Positions 47,736-57,430 are shown, counted from the first letter of the stretch. The stretch is DNA of 64,000 nucleotides from Alphaproteobacteria bacterium (GCA_051648545.1 JBOFFI010000049.1:12620-76619), one strand, 5' to 3'. The notes: generated from the sequence alone by a model not told the origin. Translations and numbers: made by a program.

Positions 47736-48809
47736 TCAGATGGAATGAGACATTTCCAGGCAGCTCGCCACTTTTTTCATAAGGGTTGAAAAAGCATAAT
47801 GAGAAAAATCGACGGGGTTGATCCATTCACCTTGACGAGGAAGTTCTTTTTGAAATGGCTCCTTCAGCTTTCCATACCAAACCTGAAGCTCCAATTTAAA
47901 ATGGGTAAACGTATGACGGACTAACGTTTCAAGATGGCCTCCTTGGGCCTTCTCACATAAAAAACGTAAATCCTCTGGGATGGGTTGCTGTCCCCTATCC
48001 TCCTCCCAAGAAGTGGAAGGAAACGTCATCAATCCCTTCAACAGTGCTTCCGTTTGCTGGGGATGAATGAATACCTGCCCCGCCAAATTCTCCAACAAAA
48101 AAACAGTCCCATACCGCACAGGCAAGGGAGCTTTGACTTGTTTACGGGGAAATTGGTCTGTCACTTGCTGCCGGAATGCCAGACACCCTCCTTGAATGGG
48201 ACACGCTAAACAAGACGGTTGCTGTGGTTTACAAAGGGTCGCCCCCAGATCCATCAACGCTTGAGTATAGTCTCCCACCTGGGTTTTGGGAAGGGCTCGC
48301 TCAGCAAGGGGAAAGACCTCTTTTCGCAAAGCGGAGGGACCTTGGGCATCCAAAAGGTAATATCGGCTAAACACCCGCATAATGTTGCCGTCAATGGCAA
48401 CAGCTTGCTTTTCAAAAGCGATTGCTGTGATAGCGGCAGCTGTATAAGGCCCAAGACCTGGCAAATGCCTCAACAATGTCTCTTCATTGGGAAGCTCCCC
48501 TCCCCTCTCCCGCGATACAAGCTCTGCACATTCCTTTAGAGACCGGGCCCTTCGATAGTAGCCAAGACCTTGCCAGGCATGCATCACATCCTCTAGGGAT
48601 GCTTTGGCAAGCGAGGTAAGTGTCGGCCAGCGCTCAATAAAAGCTGTAAAATAGGGTATGACAGTTACAACCTGGGTTTGCTGCAACATCATCTCACTCA
48701 GCCACACATGATAGGGGTTGGGTGTCTCTCCAGGTTTTGCTCGCCAAGGCAGGTGACGCGCGTGTTGCCCATACCAGGATAGGAGTTCTTGGGTTAGAAA
48801 AGGGTGCAT
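47736..48809 (-). CDS. mutY: A/G-specific adenine DNA glycosylase MutY
   Basis: It has LPWRAKPGETPNPYHVWLSEMMLQQTQV, HhH-GPD, a 4Fe-4S Cys cluster (C..C..C) and a NUDIX-like C-terminal domain. Confidence 0.9.
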   Translation of the reverse strand: MHPFLTQELLSWYGQHARHLPWRAKPGETPNPYHVWLSEMMLQQTQVVTVIPYFTAFIERWPTLTSLAKASLEDVMHAWQGLGYYRRARSLKECAELVSRERGGELPNEETLLRHLPGLGPYTAAAITAIAFEKQAVAIDGNIMRVFSRYYLLDAQGPSALRKEVFPLAERALPKTQVGDYTQALMDLGATLCKPQQPSCLACPIQGGCLAFRQQVTDQFPRKQVKAPLPVRYGTVFLLENLAGQVFIHPQQTEALLKGLMTFPSTSWEEDRGQQPIPEDLRFLCEKAQGGHLETLVRHTFTHFKLELQVWYGKLKEPFQKELPRQGEWINPVDFSHYAFSTLMKKVASCLEMSHSI

Positions 48810-48899
48810 ACTTAAAATAATTAAATTAAATGAGCCATCATTCCTACATTAAACCAACATGCCCCCTGGCGCAAAGACTCTGATGAAAAAAAGAAGTTA

Positions 48900-49136
48900 T
48901 CAATCGTAATGATCAAGATCTTGGGTCTTCATTTTCTCATCCATTTTTATCATGAAGCTGATGGCTTGCCGCTGTTCATCTTCACCAAGGCTTTTAAGAT
49001 AGGCTTGAATTGTTAAATTTTCTTCCCCAGACCATCTTTCAAAAATTTCTTCAAACTCATCAAGGGATATACCGGAAGGGAGTGCAGGAGATCCGCAAGC
49101 GGTGAAAAGGGGGTATTTGGTTGAAAGATCGCTCAT
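48900..49136 (-). CDS. Small acidic hypothetical protein (78 aa)
   Basis: The frame is open with a plausible ATG. I do not recognise any motif. Confidence 0.4.
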   Translation of the reverse strand: MSDLSTKYPLFTACGSPALPSGISLDEFEEIFERWSGEENLTIQAYLKSLGEDEQRQAISFMIKMDEKMKTQDLDHYD

Positions 49137-49237
49137 GACGCCTTCCTCTTTTGATGATGCCTATAGGTTTTTCAAAAACCTATATACCCCCCTCTTTTTA
49201 ACATTTGATGAAGGTTACCCCTCCCCCCGCCAACTCT

Positions 49238-49939
49238 TTATTCTACTTCACGAATAGTAACACCACCAACGGCAGAGGAAAGAGACGCCAGAGGTTGCAG
49301 AGGCTCAAGCGAGCTCCAGCTGAATTTGAGGCTACCAGTCCCAGAAAACCGCGTCCAGACCTCTGCACCCTCACCGACGCTTTGTTGGGCTCCGGAGAAA
49401 GAAGTGTAAGCAGTTTTTTGAATATTTTTCATAATTCTTTCATTGATATCACAGGCGTAAGCTTCACAGAGAAGATTCATTTCCATTCCCTCCGTCAATC
49501 CTCTCTCTGGAAGAAAAACCTCAACTAAATTCTGAGAAAAATCCTGAGCTCTCACTGAAGAGCTGCTTTTGCCTCTGGATTTTATGGCCTTTTTCCCATC
49601 AAAATCGATTGTGTATGTGTTCCCAACATGGACATTACTTGCTCCTGTGATAGATATACCGCCACCCTTAACAGACACAGAGGCTTTTTGAGTTTCTTCT
49701 TTGAGCTGTTGATCTCTGATCTTTAGAGCACCCTTCTTTTCTCTAAAAGAAGGAGCCTCACTGCCATCATCCCACTTAACGATAACGCTGGGTGCCTCGT
49801 GGCACGTAACCTTTAAGCGAGCATTTACTTTTATATCAAGGCATTCTACCCCTGGAAAATCCCGCTCGCCTGCAAAGACTTGGGAAACGAAAGAAACCAA
49901 TGCAACGGATAAAACAGTGTAGCTTAAATTTATCCTCAT
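49238..49939 (-). CDS. Hypothetical secreted protein (233 aa)
   Basis: It has a signal peptide LSVALVSFVSQVFAG and is beta-rich with 4 Cys. I do not recognise a family. The upstream region is AT-rich. Confidence 0.5.
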   Translation of the reverse strand: MRINLSYTVLSVALVSFVSQVFAGERDFPGVECLDIKVNARLKVTCHEAPSVIVKWDDGSEAPSFREKKGALKIRDQQLKEETQKASVSVKGGGISITGASNVHVGNTYTIDFDGKKAIKSRGKSSSSVRAQDFSQNLVEVFLPERGLTEGMEMNLLCEAYACDINERIMKNIQKTAYTSFSGAQQSVGEGAEVWTRFSGTGSLKFSWSSLEPLQPLASLSSAVGGVTIREVE

Positions 49940-50096
49940 AAAACATTTTTTCCTTATTTTTAAGGATTTTTTAAATAATAATAAAAAATCTGGATTTATT
50001 GTATTATTAACAAATCAATAAATAAAAGAATTTTGTATTAATGAGATGTTAATGCTTATTTTTTCTTAAAAAGGGATTATAAAAAAATTCTGCAGA

Positions 50097-51485
50097 TCAT
50101 ACAGGCCAAATACATTCCAATCCATGGCTTTTCAGAAGTGTTTCAAGGATGTTTTTACGTGCTTCGAGGCCTTCTGGCGTAGAGGCCTCACACCGCATTG
50201 CAATGCACGCTTGGGTTTGGGACGCTCGCAAAATCCACCAACCACCTTCATCTTCCACACGGATCCCATCCAAATCTTGAAACGCAACCCCTGTCTCTTG
50301 AAAATGAGCTTGAATTTTTTCAATGAGTTGAAATTTTTTATCCTCTGCACAAGGCAGACGTATCTCAGGCGTAGAATACCGGAAGGGAAGTTTTTGCCGC
50401 CAGACGCTGAGGTCTATTTGATGTCTGCTCAAAAAAGCCAAAAAACGAAGGGCTGCATAGATACCATCGTCATAGCCCGGGTGTAAATCTGTGAAGAAAA
50501 AATGTCCGCTCATTTCTCCTCCTACTAACGCGCCATTTTTTTTCATGCAAGCCTTCACATGCACATGGCCTGTTTTGGAAAGGCTGGGCGTTGCATTTAA
50601 ATTTTTGAGCCAATTCGATAAAATTGGGCTGCACTTAACATCTTGAACAAAAGTAAGGCTAGAGCGGCTGTTGAGCAAATTAAACACAAAAAAAGCCAAA
50701 ACTTCATCGCCAGCCCAAACCGCTCCCTGTTCATCGATAATGACCAAGCGGTCTGCATCTCCATCAAACGCAACCCCCACGCGACACTTTTCCTTTTGAA
50801 CGAGATCCCGCAGCGCATCCAAGCTGCCGGGCGCCATTGGATCAGGGGATCGTGAGAGAAATCGGCCATCTACTGAGCCATGTATCAAGTGATGTGCTCC
50901 TGGCAATTCAGCTATAATTTCACTGAGCACAATGCCAGCCGCGCCATTTCCAGGATCCCAAGCAACGGACAAAGGCTCATCTCCCCATGCTAGGCGATCT
51001 AATAGATCAAATCGGTAGCTTTTCAGAAGGTCTAGCACTTCAAAGCGCCCCTCTGTTTGGTTTTCAATGAAGTCTTCTGCTTCAATTAATTTTAAAAGCC
51101 GTTGAACCTGCTCCCCAAAAAAAGGTTGGCCGTGAAATGTAAATTTGAAACCATTCTCATCAGATGGGTTATGGGAACCGGTAACCATCACGCCAGCGTC
51201 TGCTTTTGCATGACGTTCTGCCCAATAAAGAAAAGGTGTTGGCCCCAACCCCACAGAGAGCACATTGATACCTGATTCCCGAAGCCCTCTAATAAGCCCT
51301 TGCTCAAGATCTGGAGAACTGAGGCGACCGTCCCTTGCAACGCAAACGGTTTTCCCGCTTGAGCGCCTCAAAACGGTTCCAAAAGAGCGCCCAACATAGA
51401 ACGCAACCTGGGAATCTAAATCAAAACCGATACGTCCCCGAATATCATAGTCTCTGAAAATGGTAGGAGAAGGTGAATCAATCAT
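50097..51485 (-). CDS. Phosphomannomutase/phosphoglucomutase
   Basis: It has the active-site loop TGSHNPSDENGFKF and the Mg site FDGDADRL. Confidence 0.9.
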   Translation of the reverse strand: MIDSPSPTIFRDYDIRGRIGFDLDSQVAFYVGRSFGTVLRRSSGKTVCVARDGRLSSPDLEQGLIRGLRESGINVLSVGLGPTPFLYWAERHAKADAGVMVTGSHNPSDENGFKFTFHGQPFFGEQVQRLLKLIEAEDFIENQTEGRFEVLDLLKSYRFDLLDRLAWGDEPLSVAWDPGNGAAGIVLSEIIAELPGAHHLIHGSVDGRFLSRSPDPMAPGSLDALRDLVQKEKCRVGVAFDGDADRLVIIDEQGAVWAGDEVLAFFVFNLLNSRSSLTFVQDVKCSPILSNWLKNLNATPSLSKTGHVHVKACMKKNGALVGGEMSGHFFFTDLHPGYDDGIYAALRFLAFLSRHQIDLSVWRQKLPFRYSTPEIRLPCAEDKKFQLIEKIQAHFQETGVAFQDLDGIRVEDEGGWWILRASQTQACIAMRCEASTPEGLEARKNILETLLKSHGLECIWPV

Positions 51486-51498
51486 ATGAGTCCCAGCC

Positions 51499-52842
51499 TT
51501 AAGCCGCCTCCGTTACGGAAAGGCAACCTAATGGCCGCACATCCTTTCTGCCAATTGAGATATAGGTAAAACCCGCAAGCAGCATATCTTCTGGTACGTA
51601 TATATTTCGTAAATCTACCAAAAGGGGGGCTTTAAGATGTTCTTTTAGCTTTACAAAATCCAAAGAAGAAAAAATATCCCATTCAGTGAGGATAATCACT
51701 CCGTCCGAGCCTTTGGCGGCTACATAGCTATCCTGACACCACGTGATGTTCTCAAAAATAGCCTTCCCTTCCTCCATGCCTTCCGGGTCATAGGCGCGCA
51801 AGGTTGCTCCCCTCTCTTGCAACATGGGAAGGATCGTCAAGCTTGGGCTATCTCGCAGGTCATCGGTATTAGCTTTGAACGTGACGCCTAAAATCGCGAT
51901 GGTTTTGTCATGAAGGTTCCCCCCAAAAGCTTGCTCTATCTTTTCAACCATACGCTGTTTGGTCTGCAGGTTAGACTGAATAGCTGTTTCGACCAACGGA
52001 AGAGAGGTTCCTGAGCGCTGGGCTGTTCGAACCAAAGCTTGGGTATCTTTTGGAAAACAAGACCCCCCATACCCAGGCCCCGCTTTCAAGAACTGCTTGC
52101 CAATCCTTTGGTCTAGGCCCATACCGTGAGCCACATCGTCTACGTTGGCCCCTACTTTTTCACACAAATGGGAAATTTCGTTAATAAAAGAAACTTTCAT
52201 AGCCAAAAAAGCGTTTGAAGCATATTTGATCAGCTCTGATGTTTCACAGGTCGTGGCGATAAAGGGAACGCCTTTTCGTGTGAGGTGCCCATAAAGGGCT
52301 TCCAGGCGATCCATAACTTCTGGGGTATCTGCCCCCACCACAATCCGGTCTGGCTTCATGAAATCTTGGATCGCAGAACCTTCCCTCAAAAATTCAGGAT
52401 TCGAAGCAATGTGAAAAAGCGTTTTCCGATTGACGGAGCGAATCTGCCGTTCAAGCTCTTGGCTTGTTCCTACAGGAACGGTAGATTTGGTAACGATGAT
52501 AGCGCCTTCTTTCAAAAAAGGTCCGATTTGCCTGGCCACTTCATAGACAGCAGATAGGTCAGCATCCCCTTCGTCCGTAGAAGGCGTTCCCACGGCAATC
52601 AATACAACATCGCTTTTTGAGATGGCATCCTTCACCTGAGTTGTGAAAAAAAGGGTTCGCTTCCCAAGGCCTTTACTAACCAGTGCCGATAAACCAGGCT
52701 CATAAAAAGGAACATGCCCTTTTTCAAGGGCCTGAATTTTTTCCACATCGCGGTCTATACACGTCACAGACCATCCAAAATCAGCAAAACAGGCTCCTGT
52801 GACAAGCCCTACGTATCCTGTACCTACAACTGAGATATGCAT
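51499..52842 (-). CDS. ugd: UDP-glucose 6-dehydrogenase
   Basis: It has an N-terminal Rossmann fold, ISVVGTGYVGLVTGACFA, and the catalytic GGSCFPKD. Confidence 0.9.
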   Translation of the reverse strand: MHISVVGTGYVGLVTGACFADFGWSVTCIDRDVEKIQALEKGHVPFYEPGLSALVSKGLGKRTLFFTTQVKDAISKSDVVLIAVGTPSTDEGDADLSAVYEVARQIGPFLKEGAIIVTKSTVPVGTSQELERQIRSVNRKTLFHIASNPEFLREGSAIQDFMKPDRIVVGADTPEVMDRLEALYGHLTRKGVPFIATTCETSELIKYASNAFLAMKVSFINEISHLCEKVGANVDDVAHGMGLDQRIGKQFLKAGPGYGGSCFPKDTQALVRTAQRSGTSLPLVETAIQSNLQTKQRMVEKIEQAFGGNLHDKTIAILGVTFKANTDDLRDSPSLTILPMLQERGATLRAYDPEGMEEGKAIFENITWCQDSYVAAKGSDGVIILTEWDIFSSLDFVKLKEHLKAPLLVDLRNIYVPEDMLLAGFTYISIGRKDVRPLGCLSVTEAA

Positions 52843-52845
52843 GGT

Positions 52846-53766
52846 TTAAGTCTCCTCCTTCATCTGTTCATTAGCCAGCTGGCGAATCAACTGTCGTGTT
52901 GATGCCTGAAAATCAGGGCGGTTCAAAGCACATCGGATGGTTGCTTCCAACATGCCTTCTTTGTTTCCGCAGTCAAGCCGTGTTCCTTCAAAGCGAAATC
53001 CACAGGTTGGGTGAGCAGATAAAGACGCTGCAATAGCATCTGTCAACTGAATTTCTCCCCCTGCTCCACGGTCTTGCTGCGCGAGGTAATCAAAAATCTC
53101 AGGTTTGAGAAGATAGCGTCCCACCACAGCCCAGGTTGAAGGAGCTTCCTGGGGAGAAGGCTTTTCCACAATATGCTTGAGGGAAATGGTTTGACCCTTC
53201 ACGTCCAGCGGATCTAGCACACCGTATTTAGACGTTTCCTCCCGGGGCACATCCATCACGGCTAAAACCTGAGAGCCCGTTTGGGTAAACACGTCTATCA
53301 TCTGTTGCAAACAGGGTTTTGCGTGGCTTAAAATGAAATCATCTGCTAAGAGCACGGCAAAAGGCTCATCTCCCACCAAAGATCTGGCACACCCCACCGC
53401 ATGCCCAAGCCCTAGAGGCTCTTGCTGGCGCACATAAGAAACCTGTCCCGGCTTCAGGGAAAGTGAGCGAATCAAGTGCAGAAAATCAGTCTTTCCATGC
53501 TTTTCTAAAAAAAATTCCAATTCCAATGAGCGATCAAAGTGGTCCTCAATGGCTGTTTTTCCACGCCCTGTCACAAAAATCAGCTCTTCAATGCCAGAGG
53601 CCAACGCTTCCTCAACAGCATATTGAATCAGAGGCTTGTCCAAAAGGGGGAGCATCTCTTTAGGCATGGCTTTGGTCGCAGGGAGAAATCGGGTTCCATA
53701 TCCCCCAACGGGGAAAACGGCTTTTCGAATGGGTTTTGGCATGGCGTGCCTTGTTTCTTCTTTCAT
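52846..53766 (-). CDS. galU: UTP--glucose-1-phosphate uridylyltransferase
   Basis: The sequence KAVFPVGGYGTRFLPATKAMPKEMLPLLDKPLIQY is canonical GalU. Confidence 0.9.
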   Translation of the reverse strand: MKEETRHAMPKPIRKAVFPVGGYGTRFLPATKAMPKEMLPLLDKPLIQYAVEEALASGIEELIFVTGRGKTAIEDHFDRSLELEFFLEKHGKTDFLHLIRSLSLKPGQVSYVRQQEPLGLGHAVGCARSLVGDEPFAVLLADDFILSHAKPCLQQMIDVFTQTGSQVLAVMDVPREETSKYGVLDPLDVKGQTISLKHIVEKPSPQEAPSTWAVVGRYLLKPEIFDYLAQQDRGAGGEIQLTDAIAASLSAHPTCGFRFEGTRLDCGNKEGMLEATIRCALNRPDFQASTRQLIRQLANEQMKEET

Positions 53767-53871
53767 TAAATTTTTTAAAAATCTATACGAGCTTCAGAAT
53801 AAACGATAACCCATCGACGAAGCAACGGTTTCGTAAGACTTTAATTTCTGCCCGAAGAAATGAACAAAAAG

Positions 53872-53948
53872 TGGTGCGCCCGAAGGGATTCGAACCCCTG
53901 ACCTTTGCCTCCGGAGGGCAACGCTCTATCCAGCTGAGCTACGGGCGC
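53872..53948 (-). tRNA. tRNA-Arg (anticodon CCG)
   Basis: The reverse complement is GCGCCCGTAGCTCAGCTGGATAGAGCGTTGCCCTCCGGAGGCAAAGGTCAGGGGTTCGAATCCCTTCGGGCGCACCA. It has a 7-bp acceptor stem, anticodon loop CTCCGGA and an encoded CCA. Confidence 0.9.
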
Positions 53949-54093
53949 CTTTAGTCTTAGTTTCTTGTTCACCAGAAGCATGCTAAACTGAAGAAACATA
54001 AGAATGCTGAAAAAGTGTCCCCATTCTATACGCAACGGGAAAGGCTTGCCAAGCGTTTTTTACGTTCAGTCCAACGGGAGGAGGCAAAAACCC

Positions 54094-54294
54094 ATGGGTG
54101 AAACACACAAAATAAAGATACATACAACTGGGTCTTCCCAAACTTTTGAAGAAGTATGGGTGGAGGAAGAGCACGTTTTTTGCGCAGGAGAAGCTCTAAA
54201 AGGGCACCCTGGTGTTTACCTTCATATAGGAAAAGAGGGACATGTCGTCTGCCCCTATTGCAGCAAGTGCTTTCGCAAAAAAAACCATTCTTGA
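54094..54294 (+). CDS. Zinc-finger (zf-CHCC, NDUFS6-like) protein
   Basis: ATG 54094 follows GGGAGGAGG. The C-terminus HPGVYLHIGKEGHVVCPYCSKCF matches the zf-CHCC pattern that is common in alphaproteobacteria. Confidence 0.7.
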   Translation: MGETHKIKIHTTGSSQTFEEVWVEEEHVFCAGEALKGHPGVYLHIGKEGHVVCPYCSKCFRKKNHS

Positions 54295-54302
54295 AAAAGA
54301 AT

Positions 54303-54950
54303 TCAGCGTTTTAAACAGCGCCGATGCCACACAATTTGATACACAGACTTGACTTTCAAAACGTCTGTCGGTGTTTGGGTGCTGCTATTGTGAAGGGTTC
54401 TCACCATAAGCGTATTAGCAGCATGGATGCCGATGAATTGACGAACAAAGAACTCATTATTCGAATCTTGAACGATCAACGGCATCTGGAGGAGTGTTTT
54501 TAATTTTCCTGCCGAAACCTCAACACCCGCAATCCAATCACCCTTTTGAAAAAAAGGCTCCATTTCATGGGCTGTAATTGCGAAAGCAATAAATCGCGAC
54601 CGTGGCCTTTGATAGCAAGCTTGAAGCAGCGCGATTTCTTGGGCTAGATAGTCTTCTTCTCCCAATTTGCTAGAAGGAAGAGGCGTAATTTTCCGGATAG
54701 GAGACGGCTCTTCACCCCGCAACAACCATGCTTGGGTACAGCCAATTCCCCGCTGATGAAAGATTTTTGCTAAAAGATTAGCACCTTTACCTGTTAAAGG
54801 AGACACATCATTCTCCCAAGCCTTAAGGGTGCTTTCACTGATACCTGTTTCTTGGCAAAAAAGCTGACGTGATGAGGCGCAAAAAGCTCGGATGGCTCTG
54901 AGCCGACTTCCAGGCGTTAAAAGTATTTCTTCTTTTTTTTTGGCACACAC
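54303..54950 (-). CDS. XRE-type HTH regulator with a LexA/CI (S24)-like C-terminal domain that is predicted to be non-cleaving
   Basis: The N-terminal HTH is LRAIRAFCASSRQLFCQETGISESTLKAWEND. The C-terminal fold pattern is ITAHEMEPFFQKGDWIAGV...FFVRQF. It has Glu129 where S24 peptidases have the nucleophilic Ser, and Arg170 where they have the Lys. Confidence 0.6.
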   Translation of the reverse strand: MCAKKKEEILLTPGSRLRAIRAFCASSRQLFCQETGISESTLKAWENDVSPLTGKGANLLAKIFHQRGIGCTQAWLLRGEEPSPIRKITPLPSSKLGEEDYLAQEIALLQACYQRPRSRFIAFAITAHEMEPFFQKGDWIAGVEVSAGKLKTLLQMPLIVQDSNNEFFVRQFIGIHAANTLMVRTLHNSSTQTPTDVLKVKSVYQIVWHRRCLKR

Positions 54951-55462
54951 GGCTCAAAATCCTTACCCTATGGATGCGTATAGGTATCAGCATAAAGGCT
55001 AAGGATAAACTTTTTATAAAAATCAGGTCAAATAGACGAAGTCGATCGAACAAAAAGACATGACTTGATTTCTATGAGACATTTTAGTATGATTTAAATA
55101 GGCCCCAACGCGAGCAGAGAAACGATGGGGCCCAGCACTACAAAGCTTGACGCCTGTAGACAAAGAACAAGGGAGGCACAAGGGAAGATTAAAAATCTTC
55201 CAACTCGTTCTTTGTAAGCCGAGGTTACATTAAAAAATCTATAAAAATCAAGACATTTTTTCGTTTTTTATTCTATTTTTCATGAGCTTACATAAATAAA
55301 AATATTTTTTATTTGTCTATAAAATTATTTCATTAAATAATAAAAAAAATAAATAGTCATTTTTTTAAAGCTTTTCACGAAAGCACCCCTCGCACCATCC
55401 CCCTTTTAAAATTTTTTCTGAATTTCGAGCGTGTTCAGGCGACTTTCTAAGATCCAAACATC

Positions 55463-55789
55463 TCAATTTTGTTCCTCTCTGGGTAAACCATCTAAATAAA
55501 TTTTTTCTCGTATTTTTTCTGGAATGTCTTTGATATGCCCTGCATTGATCTTGGCGCACATGCCAGTAGGAACCCAAATGTAAGCGTTCACTTCTCCGCC
55601 AATGTTTAAGCCTTTGTGGGGATTGCCAATTCCTACAGAACCGATGCCATCCGCTTCTCCCGCTTTAATCAATCCAACAGATTTATCTGCTGACACGACC
55701 CTGCATTGCTCCATCCCTTCAGGAGACGATGCCACAGCCATGCTTGAAATAACAAGAAACGAAACGACTATCCAATAATTTTGCCACAT
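55463..55789 (-). CDS. Small secreted hypothetical protein (108 aa, 2 Cys)
   Basis: ATG 55789 follows GAGGAG, and a signal peptide WIVVSFLVISSMAVAS follows. I cannot assign a family with confidence. Confidence 0.45.
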   Translation of the reverse strand: MWQNYWIVVSFLVISSMAVASSPEGMEQCRVVSADKSVGLIKAGEADGIGSVGIGNPHKGLNIGGEVNAYIWVPTGMCAKINAGHIKDIPEKIREKIYLDGLPREEQN

Positions 55790-55870
55790 GCTTTTTTCTC
55801 CTCTGGTTTTATCAACGAATAGATGAAACATAAAAGGAGAAAGTTAAACGATTCTTGAATTTTTTAAAAC

Positions 55871-56587
55871 TTAGGAGGGTTTGGCGTTAGCGCGTTGACG
55901 CGCCTTCTTTTTATCATAAAAAATTGTCCCTAAGATAAAAACAAGAAGCACGATTCCCAACCCCCACCAGGTCAACATATAGCCAACGTGATGTTGATAG
56001 GTTGATAAGCCTTGGGCTTTGAGAAGCGCTTGTCCATCTTCTCCAGGTTGCAAGACACGCAGGTAAGTCTGTTTAAATGAAGTTCCTGGAAACATCTCCT
56101 CAGGTTCTAAACGGTACCACGAGCTTTGGGCAGGATCATTTTGTGGTGTAAACCAGTTGGTTCGTGAGAGGGGAAATATGACACCTTCAAGGGGAACGGT
56201 TCTGCGGGGACGCTTTAAAAAAGGAAGCTTTGCCGTTGTAACCCATCCGCGGTTGACCAAGATAACGCGCCCATCTTCTAAACGGAAAGGCGTTACGACA
56301 TGAACCCCCAAGCGCCCCTTTTCTACACGAGCTTGCAAATGCTTCTCTTCAAGATGCAAGAAACGGCCCTTTAGCCGAGCTTTCCGAAATACAAACTGAA
56401 GATCTTGAGAGAGCGCTTCGCCATGGACAGACTCTTGAGAGAATTGAGCCTGTAAGTGCTCCAGCTTTGCTTTTTTCTCTTCCCAGCGACCATATTGCCA
56501 AGCGCCCAGGCTTATCAAGATCAGCTCTACCACAAGCCCCAGCCAGATCAGCGGGTTTTTCAAAGAAATACCCTGTGAAAGCGCCAC
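55871..56587 (-). CDS. SURF1-family cytochrome oxidase assembly protein
   Basis: It has N- and C-terminal TM helices and a LGAWQYGRWEEKKAKL motif. It abuts ctaE. Confidence 0.8.
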   Translation of the reverse strand: MALSQGISLKNPLIWLGLVVELILISLGAWQYGRWEEKKAKLEHLQAQFSQESVHGEALSQDLQFVFRKARLKGRFLHLEEKHLQARVEKGRLGVHVVTPFRLEDGRVILVNRGWVTTAKLPFLKRPRRTVPLEGVIFPLSRTNWFTPQNDPAQSSWYRLEPEEMFPGTSFKQTYLRVLQPGEDGQALLKAQGLSTYQHHVGYMLTWWGLGIVLLVFILGTIFYDKKKARQRANAKPS

Positions 56588-57430
56588 CTAGCCCTGCCCC
56601 CACCAGTAAACCGATACAAACAAGAAAAGCCACACAACGTCGACAAAGTGCCAATACCACGCAGCAGCCTCAAACCCAACATGGTGGGTTTGAGAAAATT
56701 GACCGCGGGAGGCTTGCCTATAGCAAACCCCTAAGAAAATGGTACCGATCAACACATGGACCCCGTGAAACCCTGTAGCCATATAAAACGTTGAACTGTA
56801 AATGCTCCCCTTAAAAGGAAAACCAGCGTGGACATATTCATAAGCCTGCACCCCCAAAAAAAGCACGCCCAACACAATGGTCAATCCAAGCCCTTGGGTA
56901 ACTTCTTTATAGCGCTTTTCAAGCAATGCCTGATGGGCCCAGGTGATAGTGGTCCCTGAAAGCAGCAACAAAAGCGTGTTTAAATAGGGCAGATCAAACG
57001 GGTCAATGGGTTTGATCTGTTTGGGAGGCCACATCTTCCCGATGGCTTCAGATGGAAAAAGGCTTGCGTCAAAAAAAGCCCAGAAAAAAGCTGCAAAAAA
57101 CATCACCTCTGAGGCAATAAACAAAACCACCCCAACCCGCAACCCTTTTTGAACAACGGGTGTGTGATAAGTTGCCGTTGACTCTTTCAAAACATCTCGC
57201 CACCATCCCCAAGCTGTCATCAACACCAGCGTTACACCAATCCCCAACACAAAAAATTCGTGGTGGTGCATGTATAAAATGAGCCCCAGGGCCAGCATAA
57301 ATGCTGCCAGGGCTCCCATAACAGGCCATGGACTTGGGTCAACCAAGTGGTAGGGATGTTTCTGCTTTGGGTGTAGCGTGGACGCCATGGAGCTGCCTCC
57401 TGCCAGGTTATCATTGTCTTTCATCGACAA
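56588..57430 (-). CDS. ctaE: Cytochrome c oxidase subunit III
   Basis: It has HPYHLVDPSPWP at the N-terminus, seven TM helices and a C-terminal WYWHFVDVVWLFLF. Confidence 0.92.
   Translation of the reverse strand: MSMKDNDNLAGGSSMASTLHPKQKHPYHLVDPSPWPVMGALAAFMLALGLILYMHHHEFFVLGIGVTLVLMTAWGWWRDVLKESTATYHTPVVQKGLRVGVVLFIASEVMFFAAFFWAFFDASLFPSEAIGKMWPPKQIKPIDPFDLPYLNTLLLLLSGTTITWAHQALLEKRYKEVTQGLGLTIVLGVLFLGVQAYEYVHAGFPFKGSIYSSTFYMATGFHGVHVLIGTIFLGVCYRQASRGQFSQTHHVGFEAAAWYWHFVDVVWLFLFVSVYWWGQG

Noticed and set aside
55463-55789. The small secreted protein might be a DUF2282/bufferin-type RiPP precursor, from the pattern EQC...KAGEADG...WVPTGMCAKI.
   Set aside because: The resemblance is only loose and drawn from memory. 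The protein has only two Cys. No MNIO (DUF692) or DUF2063 partner gene lies nearby. The call is not supportable without a profile search.
53872-55831. A prophage remnant or integrative island at tRNA-Arg, suggested by a CI-like repressor, AT-rich DNA and a small orphan gene next to a tRNA.
   Set aside because: There is no integrase, excisionase or phage structural or replication gene. I could not find a direct repeat of the tRNA 3' end by eye. The gene right after the tRNA (zf-CHCC) is a core alphaproteobacterial gene.
56349-57414. Alternative-frame ORFs within SURF1 and ctaE (56349..56660, 56467..56778, 57069..57329, 57232..57414).
   Set aside because: They overlap strongly conserved respiratory genes in other frames and translate to compositionally biased peptides.
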